From the NCBI GenBank assembly GCA_963706325.1, contig CAVPLT010000005.1, forward strand, positions 96,001 through 160,000: a DNA stretch of 64,000 nt, written 5' to 3'. Source of the DNA: an uncultured Nitrospiraceae bacterium. Its GTDB lineage: Bacteria > Nitrospirota > Nitrospiria > Nitrospirales > Nitrospiraceae. Made by a program: the position numbers and the translations under genes. The first letter of the stretch is position 1. Every line of letters begins with the position of its first letter. The notes beneath the pieces are model-generated. The model was not told the DNA's origin and searched no databases. It saw only the letters and a program-made list of their open reading frames with translations. Positions 11,926 to 22,055 of this stretch are shown here, one piece after another.

Positions 11926-13047
11926 GTGATGATTGATCGTGTAATAGACAGTCGAGGGCTAGATAGTTTCGATCTCCGGTTCATGGGACTGATCGCGGTG
12001 ATCCTGTCCGTGGGGGTGTTGTCGATTTATAGCGTGACACACTCTCAGGACACGTCCTTTCCTTATTACCTCAAGCAGCTCGTCTGGATTTTCTTAGGAA
12101 CGGTCGCGTTTCTGGTGATGTATCTGTCCGATTATCACAAGATTGCTCGTTTGGCCTATCCGACCTATGCGGTGATCTTGATTCTGTTGGCGGTTGTATT
12201 GCTTATGGGCAAGTCCAGTCGCGGAGCCCAGCGATGGATTCCGATCGGTCCCTTCGCGTTTCAGCCGTCTGAATTTGCCAAACTCGTGTTGGTGTTGGTG
12301 TTGGCCTATTACTACTCCCGCGTCTCTCGGGTGGGCTGGTTGCAGCGAGTCGTCGTGCCGGGCTTGATCGTGTTGCCAGGGCTGCTGTTGATTCTCAAAC
12401 AGCCGGACCTGGGCAGTGGATTAAGTTTTTTGGCTGTCTACGCGGCGATGTTGCTGATGGTTGGGGTGCGTTCGAAGGCGCTCGGGATTATTCTCCTGCT
12501 CTCCGTCATGTTATTCCCCTTTGTCTGGGAGATGGTCTGGGCCTCGCTGCACGATTATCAGCGTCAGCGCGTCATGGCGTTTGTCGACCCGGACTACGAT
12601 CCGGGGGGGAAAGGCTATCACGCGTTGCAATCCAAAATTGCCATCGGCTCGGGTGAGCTGGCAGGAAAAGGGCTCTATGGCGGCACGCAAAGCCAGCTGA
12701 AGTTCCTGCCGGAAGGGCATACCGACTTTGTATTTGCTGTGTATGCCGAGGAGTGGGGCTTTGTCGGGGTGTTGGTATTACTGGCCCTGTTTATCGCGCT
12801 GATATGGGTCTCATTGGAAATTGCCGCGCGTGCGAAAGACACGCTGGGTGCCTTACTCGCGGCCGGCATTGTGGCGATGTTGTGTTTTTGCGTGGTGGTC
12901 AATATCGGAATGACGGCGGGTATGTTTCCTATCGTGGGAATTCCGCTTCCGTTGGTCAGTTACGGAGGCAGTGCGACCATCATGACCATGGCTTCATTAG
13001 GGCTGCTACTGAATGTAAAACGACGACGGTTGACCCTCTTTTACTAG
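11926..13047 (+). CDS. rodA: SEDS glycosyltransferase RodA
   Basis: FQPSEFAK, QPDLG, LPEGHTDF, PLVSYGGS. Confidence 0.95.
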   Translation: MMIDRVIDSRGLDSFDLRFMGLIAVILSVGVLSIYSVTHSQDTSFPYYLKQLVWIFLGTVAFLVMYLSDYHKIARLAYPTYAVILILLAVVLLMGKSSRGAQRWIPIGPFAFQPSEFAKLVLVLVLAYYYSRVSRVGWLQRVVVPGLIVLPGLLLILKQPDLGSGLSFLAVYAAMLLMVGVRSKALGIILLLSVMLFPFVWEMVWASLHDYQRQRVMAFVDPDYDPGGKGYHALQSKIAIGSGELAGKGLYGGTQSQLKFLPEGHTDFVFAVYAEEWGFVGVLVLLALFIALIWVSLEIAARAKDTLGALLAAGIVAMLCFCVVVNIGMTAGMFPIVGIPLPLVSYGGSATIMTMASLGLLLNVKRRRLTLFY

Positions 13048-13191
13048 GCCGTGCCTGGACAGGGGTTGACTTGATATGAAATAACCATGGAATCAAACCG
13101 GCGCCGGACCAACGGCGAGACGAGAAAGAACCCGGGCCATGTGTCCGCGTTCGTCTGCCGATCTGCCCGATTTGAGTGTAAAGGAGTTTGT

Positions 13192-14703
13192 ATGGGGGTT
13201 GAGATAGCGATAAGCATAGCGCGGGAAGAAACCCGCGTGGCGGTCCTGGACAACGGGGTCGTCACGGACCTCTACGGAGACCGTGCCAAAGACCAAGATT
13301 TCGTAGGAAACATTTACAAAGGGCGAGTCGCGAAGGTGTTGCCCGGCATGCAGGCCGCCTTCATCGACATTGGGTTGGAAAAGGCGGCGTTTGTGCACGT
13401 GTCCGATCTCTCCATGGATTTGGAGTCCGGAGATACTCTTGTCGAAGGGGACGACGACGATAATAAGGACTCGGAGGTTCCGAAGCCGAAACGTCAAAAC
13501 TCAAAACCGATCGAAGAGTTGCTGACTGAAGGCCAGGAAGTCATGGTGCAAATTTCCAAAGGGCCGATCGGTACCAAAGGTTCGAGGGTGACAACCTATG
13601 TGTCATTGCCGGGGCGGTATCTGGTGTTCATGCCGACGGTCGAGCATATCGGTGTGTCCCGCCGTATTCCTCGAGACGAAGAGCGGGCTCGGTTGAAAGA
13701 AATCATGAAGCGGGCGCGCCGTCCGGGGTTCGGATACATCGTTCGGACAGTCAGTGAAGGCGTGAAGGAAGAGGAACTGCGGTCCGACGTCGAATTTCTT
13801 CACGTCTTGTGGCAGGACGTGTTGACCAAGCGTGATCAGCAGCCGGCCCCCAGCCTCTTGCACAGCGACTTGAGCTTGAGTTTTCGGGTGGTGCGCGATC
13901 TTTTTGGGCGTCGGGTCGATAGGCTCTTGATCGATAATCGCGAAGAGTACAATGCGATCAAGAACTTTGTACAGCGATTTTCGCCTGAACAAACCTCGCG
14001 TATCCACTTTTATGACAAAGAGGAGAGTCTGTTCGACTACCTGGGAGTCGAACAGGAAATTGCTCGTGCCATGAGTCGAAAAGTATGGCTCAAGTCCGGC
14101 GGGTATCTGGTGATCGACCATACTGAGGCAATGACGGTCATTGATGTCAACACGGGCCGATTTGTTGGTAAACGCGATCAGGAAGAGACGATTCTTCGGA
14201 ACAATCTGGAGGCCGCACGGGAAATTGCCTACCAGGTCAAGTTGCGAGGCATCGGCGGTATCATCATCGTGGATTTCATCGACATGGAGCGGGAGAAAAA
14301 TCGCGACAAGGTCTATCATGCCTTAGTGGATGCCATGTCCTCGGATAAGGCTCGCACCAGAATTTCAAGAGTTTCCGATCTTGGATTGATCGAAATTTCG
14401 CGCGAGCGCGTTCGGGAAGACCTCCTCCGGTCGCTCTCTGAACCCTGCCACTATTGTGATGGACGTGGCTATACCAAATCGCCCATGTCGGTAGCTTACG
14501 AAATTTTCCGTGAGGTGCGACGACTCGGTCATGAAATTGAGCAGCAACGCGTCATCGTGGGCGCGCATCCAACGGTCGCGCTACTGCTTCAGGAACAGGA
14601 ACAGCCCGGCGTTGAAGAGCTCGAACGGCGGTATGGCGCAAAAATTTTAATCACCCCCGATGAACGGTTGCATTTAGAGCAGTTTGACTTGGTCGTGATG
14701 TAG
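13192..14703 (+). CDS. rng: Ribonuclease G (Rne/Rng family)
   Basis: GNIYKGRV..VLPGMQAAFIDIG, IDVNTG, GGIIIVDFIDM, CxxC G; start set at ATG 13192. Confidence 0.93.
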   Translation: MGVEIAISIAREETRVAVLDNGVVTDLYGDRAKDQDFVGNIYKGRVAKVLPGMQAAFIDIGLEKAAFVHVSDLSMDLESGDTLVEGDDDDNKDSEVPKPKRQNSKPIEELLTEGQEVMVQISKGPIGTKGSRVTTYVSLPGRYLVFMPTVEHIGVSRRIPRDEERARLKEIMKRARRPGFGYIVRTVSEGVKEEELRSDVEFLHVLWQDVLTKRDQQPAPSLLHSDLSLSFRVVRDLFGRRVDRLLIDNREEYNAIKNFVQRFSPEQTSRIHFYDKEESLFDYLGVEQEIARAMSRKVWLKSGGYLVIDHTEAMTVIDVNTGRFVGKRDQEETILRNNLEAAREIAYQVKLRGIGGIIIVDFIDMEREKNRDKVYHALVDAMSSDKARTRISRVSDLGLIEISRERVREDLLRSLSEPCHYCDGRGYTKSPMSVAYEIFREVRRLGHEIEQQRVIVGAHPTVALLLQEQEQPGVEELERRYGAKILITPDERLHLEQFDLVVM

Positions 14704-14868
14704 CTCGATCTTTCATAATAGTCTGGCCAGTCCTACCGCGGCAGGAACTGATGTGTAAGAGTGATTGGAAAAGCCTCTCGTTCTCGGCGGATACCCTGTG
14801 ATTGAGCGCGGCCCCCGTGGCACTGGTACCGGCGTTGCACCCACGATGCGTGATGAGCTGAAACGATC

Positions 14869-16005
14869 GTGAGCAGCCGATCTCTCCGCCCTTGGTTTGT
14901 GCTCCGCGCCATTCCCGGTGTCGGAGATGCCATTCTTCTTAAGCTCGTACAGTCCTTGGGGACGCCGGATTCCGTCCTCGCAGCGACCCCAGCAGCATTG
15001 GAAGAGATCGGATGCCGCCCGCCTTTGATTGAAGCCCTTCGGCGCGGACCTGATGCGTTGGCGGTCCGACAACTTAATCAGGAATTGACCCAATTGGAGC
15101 GCCACAAGGTGACGGTGCTGACCTATTTGGATACGCAGTATCCGGCGCTGCTTAGAACCATCCCTGATCCTCCTCCCCTGTTGTATCTCAAGGGCACCTT
15201 GTTGGCTAGCGATCGTCATGCCATAGCCATTGTTGGTACGCGGAAGGTCAGTGTCGCAGGACGTGTCTTTGCCGAGGAGCTGGCTCGGGATCTGGCGGCC
15301 ATGGGATTCACGATTGTGAGCGGTCTGGCGCGGGGGGTGGACGCCGCTGCGCATCGTGGTGCTCTCGCGGGGCAGGGGCGAACGCTGGCGGTGATGGGAT
15401 GCGGGCTGGATCGCACATATCCGGCGGACCATCGGCACTTGCGCGAGGCGATCGAGCGCAGCGGAGCCGTCTTGTCTGAGCTTCCGCTAGGAGCAGCGCC
15501 GCACAGTTATCACTTCCCTCGTCGCAACCGAATTATCAGCGGACTCGCGTTGGGTGTCGTTGTGACCGAAGCCGCGATTGAGAGCGGATCACTCATCACG
15601 GCTCGATTGGCAGCTGAGCAGGGACGAGAAGTCTTCGCGGTGCCTGGTTTCGTAAACATTGAAAACAGCCGCGGGCCCAATAGCTTGATCAAGGACGGCG
15701 CGAGATTAGTAGAATCGGCGCGCGATGTGCTCGATGAATTGCGGCCGCAGTTGGATGCGGCATTTTGCAGCAGGCTTAACGCGCGAGTAAATGCCGAGCA
15801 GCCGGCTGACCTTCAGTTGGGAGCAGAAGAGACGTTGGTCTATGACGCCCTTCATGCGGTGCCGCAATCGATCGATGAAGTGATTCGAGTGACTGGACTT
15901 GCGGCATCTCAGGTGACCTCGATTTTGCTTGCATTGGAATTAAAAAATTGTATTCGGCAGTTACCGGGCAATGAGTATGTGCGGCTCTCCGGTGGAACTC
16001 GTTAG
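14869..16005 (+). CDS. dprA: DNA-processing protein DprA
   Basis: AIVGTR, VSGLARGVDAAAH, FPRRNRIISGL, SGSLITA, GREVFAVPG. Confidence 0.96.
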   Translation: MSSRSLRPWFVLRAIPGVGDAILLKLVQSLGTPDSVLAATPAALEEIGCRPPLIEALRRGPDALAVRQLNQELTQLERHKVTVLTYLDTQYPALLRTIPDPPPLLYLKGTLLASDRHAIAIVGTRKVSVAGRVFAEELARDLAAMGFTIVSGLARGVDAAAHRGALAGQGRTLAVMGCGLDRTYPADHRHLREAIERSGAVLSELPLGAAPHSYHFPRRNRIISGLALGVVVTEAAIESGSLITARLAAEQGREVFAVPGFVNIENSRGPNSLIKDGARLVESARDVLDELRPQLDAAFCSRLNARVNAEQPADLQLGAEETLVYDALHAVPQSIDEVIRVTGLAASQVTSILLALELKNCIRQLPGNEYVRLSGGTR

Positions 16006-16087
16006 AAGATTGAGGCTGACAGGCGCTCGATATTTGTTATAGTGGGTATGATACTGTGCTGGTAGATGCTGAGGAATAAGCAATCTC

Positions 16088-18424
16088 ATGGCTAAATCGC
16101 TGATCATTGTGGAGTCCCCGACCAAAGCGCGCACGATCACCAAGTATCTTGGTCGAGGATACTCTGTCATGGCCTCTGTCGGGCATGTCAAAGATTTGCC
16201 GACCAGTAAGTTGGGCGTGGATCTCGACAACGATTTTGAGCCGCAGTACGTGACGATCAAGGGAAAATCAAAAGTCCTCACTGATATCAAAAAGAAGGCG
16301 CAAGAAGTTGATACGGTCTTCTTGGCGCCGGACCCTGATCGCGAAGGAGAAGCGATTGCATGGCATATCGCGCAGGAGTTGGAAGGGAAAGGAAAAAAGA
16401 AGGGCCGCAAAATATATCGGGTTCTCTTTAATGAGATTACGGAATCGGCCATCAAGCGGGCGCTGAAATCACCCGGTGAAATCGACTTGAAGCTCGTGCA
16501 GGCTCAGCAGGCGCGGCGGGTCCTCGATCGTATCGTCGGCTATCAAGGCAGTCAGCTGCTATGGAAAAAGGTACGGCGAGGTCTCAGCATGGGCCGTGTC
16601 CAATCCGTGGCAGTGCGGCTGATTTGCGATCGTGAAAAAGAGCGGGAAGCATTTAGGGCGGAAGAATACTGGTCCATTGTGGCGCTCTTGGCCGGAGACA
16701 ATCCGCCGGCCTTTGAAGCCAAGCTGCATTCCATCAACGGACAGGATGCGGACATCAGCACTGGTGAGCACGCGCAGCAAATTCTCAACGCCGTACAGGC
16801 CAAGGCATTCGTCGTCCATTCAATTGAGCGCAGGGAGAAGAAACGAAATCCCGTCGCGCCATTCATCACGAGCCGGCTTCAGCAGGAAGCTGCGAGGAAA
16901 CTTCATTTCACGCCGAAAAAGACAATGACGCTCGCCCAGCAATTGTACGAAGGGATCGAGATCGGATCGGAAGGGGCGACAGGCCTGATCACCTATATGA
17001 GGACGGACTCTCCGCGAATATCACAAGAAGCGATGGAAGATGCCAGGGTGGTGATTCGGGAGCGATTCGGAGTGGAGTATCTGCCCGCTACCCCCAATGT
17101 CTACAAAACGCAAAAAGCTGCACAAGAGGCGCATGAAGCCATTCGGCCGACCTCCGCTGGGCGTGATCCCGAGACGATCCGCCAGTATCTCGAACAGGAT
17201 CAGTATCAGCTGTACAAATTGATCTGGAATCGATTCATCGCTTCGCAAATGGTACCGGCGATTCTGGATGTGACGCGTGTAGACTCGAGTCCGGTGGGAA
17301 CGCCGGATCGATATGTTTTTCGTACGACGGGCACAGTGGTCAAGTTCGCCGGGCACACGGCGGTATATTTGGAGGGAACGGACAAAGAACTGTCCTCGCA
17401 AAAGCCCAAGAGCGAGCAGGAGGCTGATGACGAATCGGACCGTCAACTTCCTGCGCTCAGAGAAGGCGAAGCGTTGCGTCTGGTGGCTCAGGAAGGCCAG
17501 ACTATGCCCGGTTTCCTCTCCAAACAACATTTTACGCAACCACCGCCACGGTATAATGAGGCGCTGCTAATTCGGGAGTTAGAAGATAAAGGTATTGGTC
17601 GACCTTCTACATATGCCTCGATTATTTCCACGATTCAAGATCGCAAATACGTCGAAAAGGTCGAAGGACGCTTCCTGCCAACGGAGACTGGTCGGACGGT
17701 CAACGAGTTTTTGCTGAAGGGATTTCCGGATCTCCTCGATACCGAATTTACCTCCCATATGGAGGAACAGCTTGATGAAGTCGAAGAGGGCACGAAGCCT
17801 TGGGTTTCTGCTGTCCGGGAATTTTATACCCCTTTTGTGAAAGACCTTGAGCTAGCTCAGAGCATTCCAGGGCCCAAGGATATCGTCGAGCCGCCCACAA
17901 ACCTTCCCTGTGAAAAATGCGGCCGCATGTTGGAGATCAAGTGGGGACGGAATGGGAAGTTCCTGGCTTGCCCGGGATATAAGGATGATCCTCCCTGCAA
18001 GAACACGCAGAATTTTGAAAAGTTGCCGGATGGGACGATCAAGATTGTTCCCAAATTGGAAGAGACGACCGACGAAAAATGCGAGAAGTGTTCGAGTCCA
18101 ATGGTGGTGAAATCAGGTCGCTTCGGCAAGTTCTTGGCCTGTTCCGCTTATCCTGAATGTAAGACGACCAAACCAATCGCCTTGGGCGTCAAGTGCCCTC
18201 AACCTGACTGCGGCGGAGATTTGGTTCAGAAGCGCACCAAAAAAGGGCGGAACTTCTACTCCTGTAGCCGCTATCCGCAATGTGAATTTGCCCTATGGGA
18301 TCGACCCATCAACAAGCCCTGTCCCAGCTGCCAGGCTCCGTTCCTCATTGAGAAAGTCAGTAAGCAGACCGGACGTTCTGTTCAATGCCGGAACGAAGAG
18401 TGTGGTTATCGCGACGCCGGTTGA
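16088..18424 (+). CDS. topA: DNA topoisomerase I with C-terminal zinc ribbons
   Basis: IVESPTKA, DPDREGEAI, GLITYMRTDS, GIGRPSTY, several C4 ribbons. Confidence 0.97.
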   Translation: MAKSLIIVESPTKARTITKYLGRGYSVMASVGHVKDLPTSKLGVDLDNDFEPQYVTIKGKSKVLTDIKKKAQEVDTVFLAPDPDREGEAIAWHIAQELEGKGKKKGRKIYRVLFNEITESAIKRALKSPGEIDLKLVQAQQARRVLDRIVGYQGSQLLWKKVRRGLSMGRVQSVAVRLICDREKEREAFRAEEYWSIVALLAGDNPPAFEAKLHSINGQDADISTGEHAQQILNAVQAKAFVVHSIERREKKRNPVAPFITSRLQQEAARKLHFTPKKTMTLAQQLYEGIEIGSEGATGLITYMRTDSPRISQEAMEDARVVIRERFGVEYLPATPNVYKTQKAAQEAHEAIRPTSAGRDPETIRQYLEQDQYQLYKLIWNRFIASQMVPAILDVTRVDSSPVGTPDRYVFRTTGTVVKFAGHTAVYLEGTDKELSSQKPKSEQEADDESDRQLPALREGEALRLVAQEGQTMPGFLSKQHFTQPPPRYNEALLIRELEDKGIGRPSTYASIISTIQDRKYVEKVEGRFLPTETGRTVNEFLLKGFPDLLDTEFTSHMEEQLDEVEEGTKPWVSAVREFYTPFVKDLELAQSIPGPKDIVEPPTNLPCEKCGRMLEIKWGRNGKFLACPGYKDDPPCKNTQNFEKLPDGTIKIVPKLEETTDEKCEKCSSPMVVKSGRFGKFLACSAYPECKTTKPIALGVKCPQPDCGGDLVQKRTKKGRNFYSCSRYPQCEFALWDRPINKPCPSCQAPFLIEKVSKQTGRSVQCRNEECGYRDAG

Positions 18425-18566
18425 TCCGTGTGAATCGTACGTTCCTTCCTTTGTGTCGCCCCCATAGCCTCGGCCAGGTATACGTGTCGCGTTAAAGCCT
18501 TCATCCGTGTGCCCTTCAGCTGGTCATGTGCCTGACCAGATTCGACAATGAGATCTGTTTTCATCG

Positions 18567-18588
18567 GAATTGAGAATGGTAGTCATAT
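18567..18588. promoter_or_regulatory. Fur-box-like site upstream of the bacterioferritins
   Basis: GAATTGAGAATGGTAGTCAT resembles the 7-1-7 TGATAATnATTATCA; TTGACA at 18605-18610. Confidence 0.55.
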
Positions 18589-18715
18589 ATACGTAACTTA
18601 AGACTTGACAGAGACCCCGGATTGTTCATACATAGAATATAAGGTGTAACTAGCAGGCGAGCGGCCGAGGCGGTTGCTCGCGAGGCGATAACGGTTCTGT
18701 CGGAAGGAGGCAGCG

Positions 18716-19192
18716 ATGAAATCCAAGCAGGGGGTGATCGAAGTTCTGAATAAGATTCTCACGGCGGATCTCACGGCCATCAATCAATATTTTGTGCATG
18801 CCAAAATGTGTTCGAATTGGGGCTATGATCGGTTGCATCACCATGTCCGGCAGCGGTCCTTTGATGAAATGAAGGATGCTGAAGAGTTGATTGAGCATAT
18901 TCTGTATTTGGAAGGTGTGCCCAATTTGCAGCGTATGAATACGGTGCAGGTCGGGGAAACCGTGCCTGAACAGTTCAAGGCAGATCTGAAAGCCGAGCAG
19001 GAAATGTTGAATCTCTTGAGCGATGGCGTGGTGCATTGTACGAAGGTCGGCGACTTCACCACCCGGCATATGTTTGAAGATATGGTTAAAGATGTCGATG
19101 AGCACATTGATTGGATTGAAACGCAAATGGAGACGATTAAGCAGGTGGGCCTTGAAATGTATCTCTCCGAGCAGATCAAGAAAGAAAGCTGA
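18716..19192 (+). CDS. bfr: Bacterioferritin, heme-Met-retaining subunit
   Basis: AINQYFVHA..NWG, DEMK, ILYLEG.PNLQ, EHIDWIETQ. Confidence 0.93.
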   Translation: MKSKQGVIEVLNKILTADLTAINQYFVHAKMCSNWGYDRLHHHVRQRSFDEMKDAEELIEHILYLEGVPNLQRMNTVQVGETVPEQFKADLKAEQEMLNLLSDGVVHCTKVGDFTTRHMFEDMVKDVDEHIDWIETQMETIKQVGLEMYLSEQIKKES

Positions 19193-19200
19193 TCAGAATT

Positions 19201-19680
19201 ATGAAAGCAAAAGAAGGAGTTCTCGAATTTTTGAATCAAATATTGAAGTCGGAATTGACGGCCGTTCATCAGTACTTGCTTCATGGGGCTATGTGCAAAA
19301 ACTGGGGCTATGCGCGGCTTCACGAGCATTTTAGCCATCTGGCCGATGAGGAAGTCGGTCATTCCTCAGGTCTGATCGATCATCTTCTGTATCTGGAGGG
19401 CTCCCCTGAGGTGGGGCACGTCGACCAGGTTGGGGTCGGACGGACGGTCGCGGACCTCCTCAAGGCGGATCTTGAGTTTGAACGTGACGATGTGGAGTTG
19501 CTTCGTCAAGGTATCTCCCATTGTTCCAAGGTGAAGGATTTTACAACACGGCATTTGCTCGAACACATGATCATCGATACCGAAGAGCACATTGATTGGT
19601 TCGAGACGCAGTTGCGGACCATTGATCAAGTGGCATTAGAGATGTATCTGGCAGAGCACATTAAATCCAGTAAGTCCTGA
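19201..19680 (+). CDS. bfr: Bacterioferritin, second paralog lacking the heme Met
   Basis: SELTAVHQY, EEVGH, LYLEG, EEHIDWFETQ. Confidence 0.9.
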   Translation: MKAKEGVLEFLNQILKSELTAVHQYLLHGAMCKNWGYARLHEHFSHLADEEVGHSSGLIDHLLYLEGSPEVGHVDQVGVGRTVADLLKADLEFERDDVELLRQGISHCSKVKDFTTRHLLEHMIIDTEEHIDWFETQLRTIDQVALEMYLAEHIKSSKS

Positions 19681-19692
19681 CTGCTTCATCGA

Positions 19693-19737
19693 GAAGGCCG
19701 GTCGCCTCCCTCCTATTAGTGGGAGGCCGGCCTCTTC
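19693..19737 (+). terminator. GC-rich hairpin after the bfr pair
   Basis: AGGCCGG-TC-GCCTCCC ... GGGAGGC-CGGCCT inverted repeat; weak U-tract. Confidence 0.45.
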
Positions 19738-20323
19738 GTAGACTGAACCGACTGATATCACTCTTGCCCCCAATTGCGCTTGTTTCGATTGAAAACGCGC
19801 AGCTGCTTCCTGCCACCTCCCTAAGTTATTACTCATTGCGTCGAAACGTTCGGTGTAGGGGCCTGGTAGTCGCACATGTTGCCGTATTCACTGCAAGCAG
19901 CAGGTCCCTTCCAGATCCCAGTGCTTGCTTAGCACTAGGGAGAGGTCGCTATCAATCTGGGTTAAGTAGTGGTGATTGCCGTCGAAGGTTGCAATGGGAA
20001 CGGCCCGTGGGTTCTGTGATCCCCAGAAGTACACAGAAGGTCGTAAGCAGATTCGGGTCGAACTGTGTGCTGGAGGATGCGCGGAAGGTGGGTCGAGCAA
20101 CGCAAATGATTTTCGAAAGGCCGGATATGACCTCGAACACATCCGTGATGGAGAGAATTGTGATCGATAAAGGAATGGAATGGCCAGTGATGTCGCCAGG
20201 GATAACCGATTCAGTCCCAGCTATCCTTCATCAATAGAGAGCCCACGATTGTGCTATACGATCTTGGCTGGGTTCACAAACTTTGGCCGCACTCACGTTG
20301 GAACGTCACGCTCAGTTAACTCA

Positions 20324-20839
20324 TCAGTGCTCTACCCGTTTACCAGACATTAATGGTTGCTTCAGCACCCACATCTCATAGAGAGGAATGACCAGCATGA
20401 TCAAAAATCCGGACGTCATGAGCGTATCTCCCGTGAGCATGGTAAGGACAAAAATAGGAGAGACGTAACTAATAAGCCATGGGGACAGCAAGTCGAGCGT
20501 GACTCCGCCGAATGAAATCCAGGTCGTCAACACCTTGAGCCGGTTGCTCGTATTGGTGAGATAGAGGACATGCACCAGAATCATAAACACTACGGGCATT
20601 GTAAACAAATGGAAGTGCGTGATCTCGGCAAGCTCACGGAATGACATCGGTTCGCCGAATGTCGCGTTGGACCCTCGATAATGATCGGCAATTCCTTGTG
20701 GCGACAATCCGGTCATGCTGTGAGCCCAGAAGAAGGAAAAGGCAAAGCCGGCCAACATCAAAGCGAGGAAAAACGTGTAGACGAGCCGAATATGGCGGTC
20801 CGAATCACGGAGACGAAAACGTGAGTTGAAGTTGCGCAT
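20324..20839 (-). CDS. Hypothetical multi-TM membrane protein with His residues in or near the helices
   Basis: About 4 hydrophobic segments; GIADHYRG, EITHFHLF, ILVHV; last gene of the operon. Confidence 0.8.
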   Translation of the reverse strand: MRNFNSRFRLRDSDRHIRLVYTFFLALMLAGFAFSFFWAHSMTGLSPQGIADHYRGSNATFGEPMSFRELAEITHFHLFTMPVVFMILVHVLYLTNTSNRLKVLTTWISFGGVTLDLLSPWLISYVSPIFVLTMLTGDTLMTSGFLIMLVIPLYEMWVLKQPLMSGKRVEH

Positions 20840-20851
20840 CGCTGGTAGGGC

Positions 20852-21541
20852 TCAGTCTCCGAAGATCGATTTGAAAAAGCCCTTTTCTGATTTCTGGGCG
20901 GTCATCGAGTCGCTTCCGAGTCCTTGAGGCTTCAAGTACAATTCATCGACGAGCACCAGAACTCGTTTTATTCCGGCAGTCATTGAACGAACCGACATCG
21001 TCGCTCCGCTAATATTGATGATGTCTTTATTGATACGCACTGGGTCCAGTACCGATTTACCCTCATATTGCACGTTGAAGCGCTTGGTCCGCACCTCGCT
21101 CCCACGCGCCTCCCGGAAAACCAGTAACTCCACGTTTGAGACAAGCCCCTGCGCGTCCACTCCGACCATATAAGTCATGGGTTTATGTTTACCGATTGTA
21201 TTCTGCACGAACGCATAGCCATCGATGTGCCCAGCGGTTTCGCCAATATACACATCAAAAGAGTCCTCAGGAAACTTCCAGCCGATGCGGCTCTCGACCA
21301 CAGATTTTTTGTCCATGGGAACTCGTAACAGTTCCTTTTTGATATGCCCTGATTTAGGGAACATCAGTCTCACCGCATCTTCTTCCGTCAGATAGACCTC
21401 AGCCATCGTCATCTCTCGGTCCGTCAAATACCGTTTGAGTTCCGCATCCCACACCCGTTCGGCCCAGACACAGTTAGGGGAAAGAGGAAACAGCAGTGCC
21501 AGCAAGAAGATGAGCAGCTGAAAGATCATGTTGGTACGCAT
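20852..21541 (-). CDS. Exported FMN-binding (NqrC/RnfG-like) domain protein
   Basis: Signal peptide; flavinylation motif NISGATMS matching [S/T]GA[S/T]. Confidence 0.88.
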   Translation of the reverse strand: MRTNMIFQLLIFLLALLFPLSPNCVWAERVWDAELKRYLTDREMTMAEVYLTEEDAVRLMFPKSGHIKKELLRVPMDKKSVVESRIGWKFPEDSFDVYIGETAGHIDGYAFVQNTIGKHKPMTYMVGVDAQGLVSNVELLVFREARGSEVRTKRFNVQYEGKSVLDPVRINKDIINISGATMSVRSMTAGIKRVLVLVDELYLKPQGLGSDSMTAQKSEKGFFKSIFGD

Positions 21542-21999
21542 CCTTGCTCTCTTAACTTTGCGTTGATCCGATCGACGATATCATTCGTTGCATCTTGCGA
21601 AGGCTCCGTCGGCCACCATTTGGTCGCTTGCGAAGTTGCCCCGCCGCGCGCATGCCATCGCTGTCTGGTTTCCAGGACACTTACAGAAACCGCATCCCTC
21701 GTTTGTTTCACGGAAACATTCATACGCGCCCGCTCTCTATTGCCGAAGCCCTCACGTGAAAAAATTCCAAATGAGCGCTCTGTAAGGGGTGCGACGTCCG
21801 TCCAGGCGGTTTCAATCAATCCCGTTCCCTTGTTGGAGGAAGCGACAGATTGTCCTTGCATGACATCAAGCGTGGCATCCCACACGGCATCATAGGCGCA
21901 CGCATAATTTTGCTCCCGGTCTCCGCTCAAGGTGGCACAGCCTGCACAGATCGAGAAAGTGATTATCATTGCGATACGCGAGATCAACACAGCAAACAC
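21526..21999 (-). CDS. Putative lipoprotein (BamC-N/DUF3568-like)
   Basis: Lipobox CAGC; YDAVWDATL..GLIETAW. Confidence 0.75.
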   Translation of the reverse strand: MFAVLISRIAMIITFSICAGCATLSGDREQNYACAYDAVWDATLDVMQGQSVASSNKGTGLIETAWTDVAPLTERSFGIFSREGFGNRERARMNVSVKQTRDAVSVSVLETRQRWHARGGATSQATKWWPTEPSQDATNDIVDRINAKLREQGCVPT

Positions 22000-22055
22000 G
22001 ACTCCTTCTTATTCAGGCGATTCCTCTCTGTTGAGAGGAATCGCCCGTCCTCGGG

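Noticed and set aside
19740..20320. Short ORFs after the bfr pair, with a faint resemblance to a decayed bfd ferredoxin
   Set aside because: No intact Cys pattern or consistent frame; too weak without tblastn.
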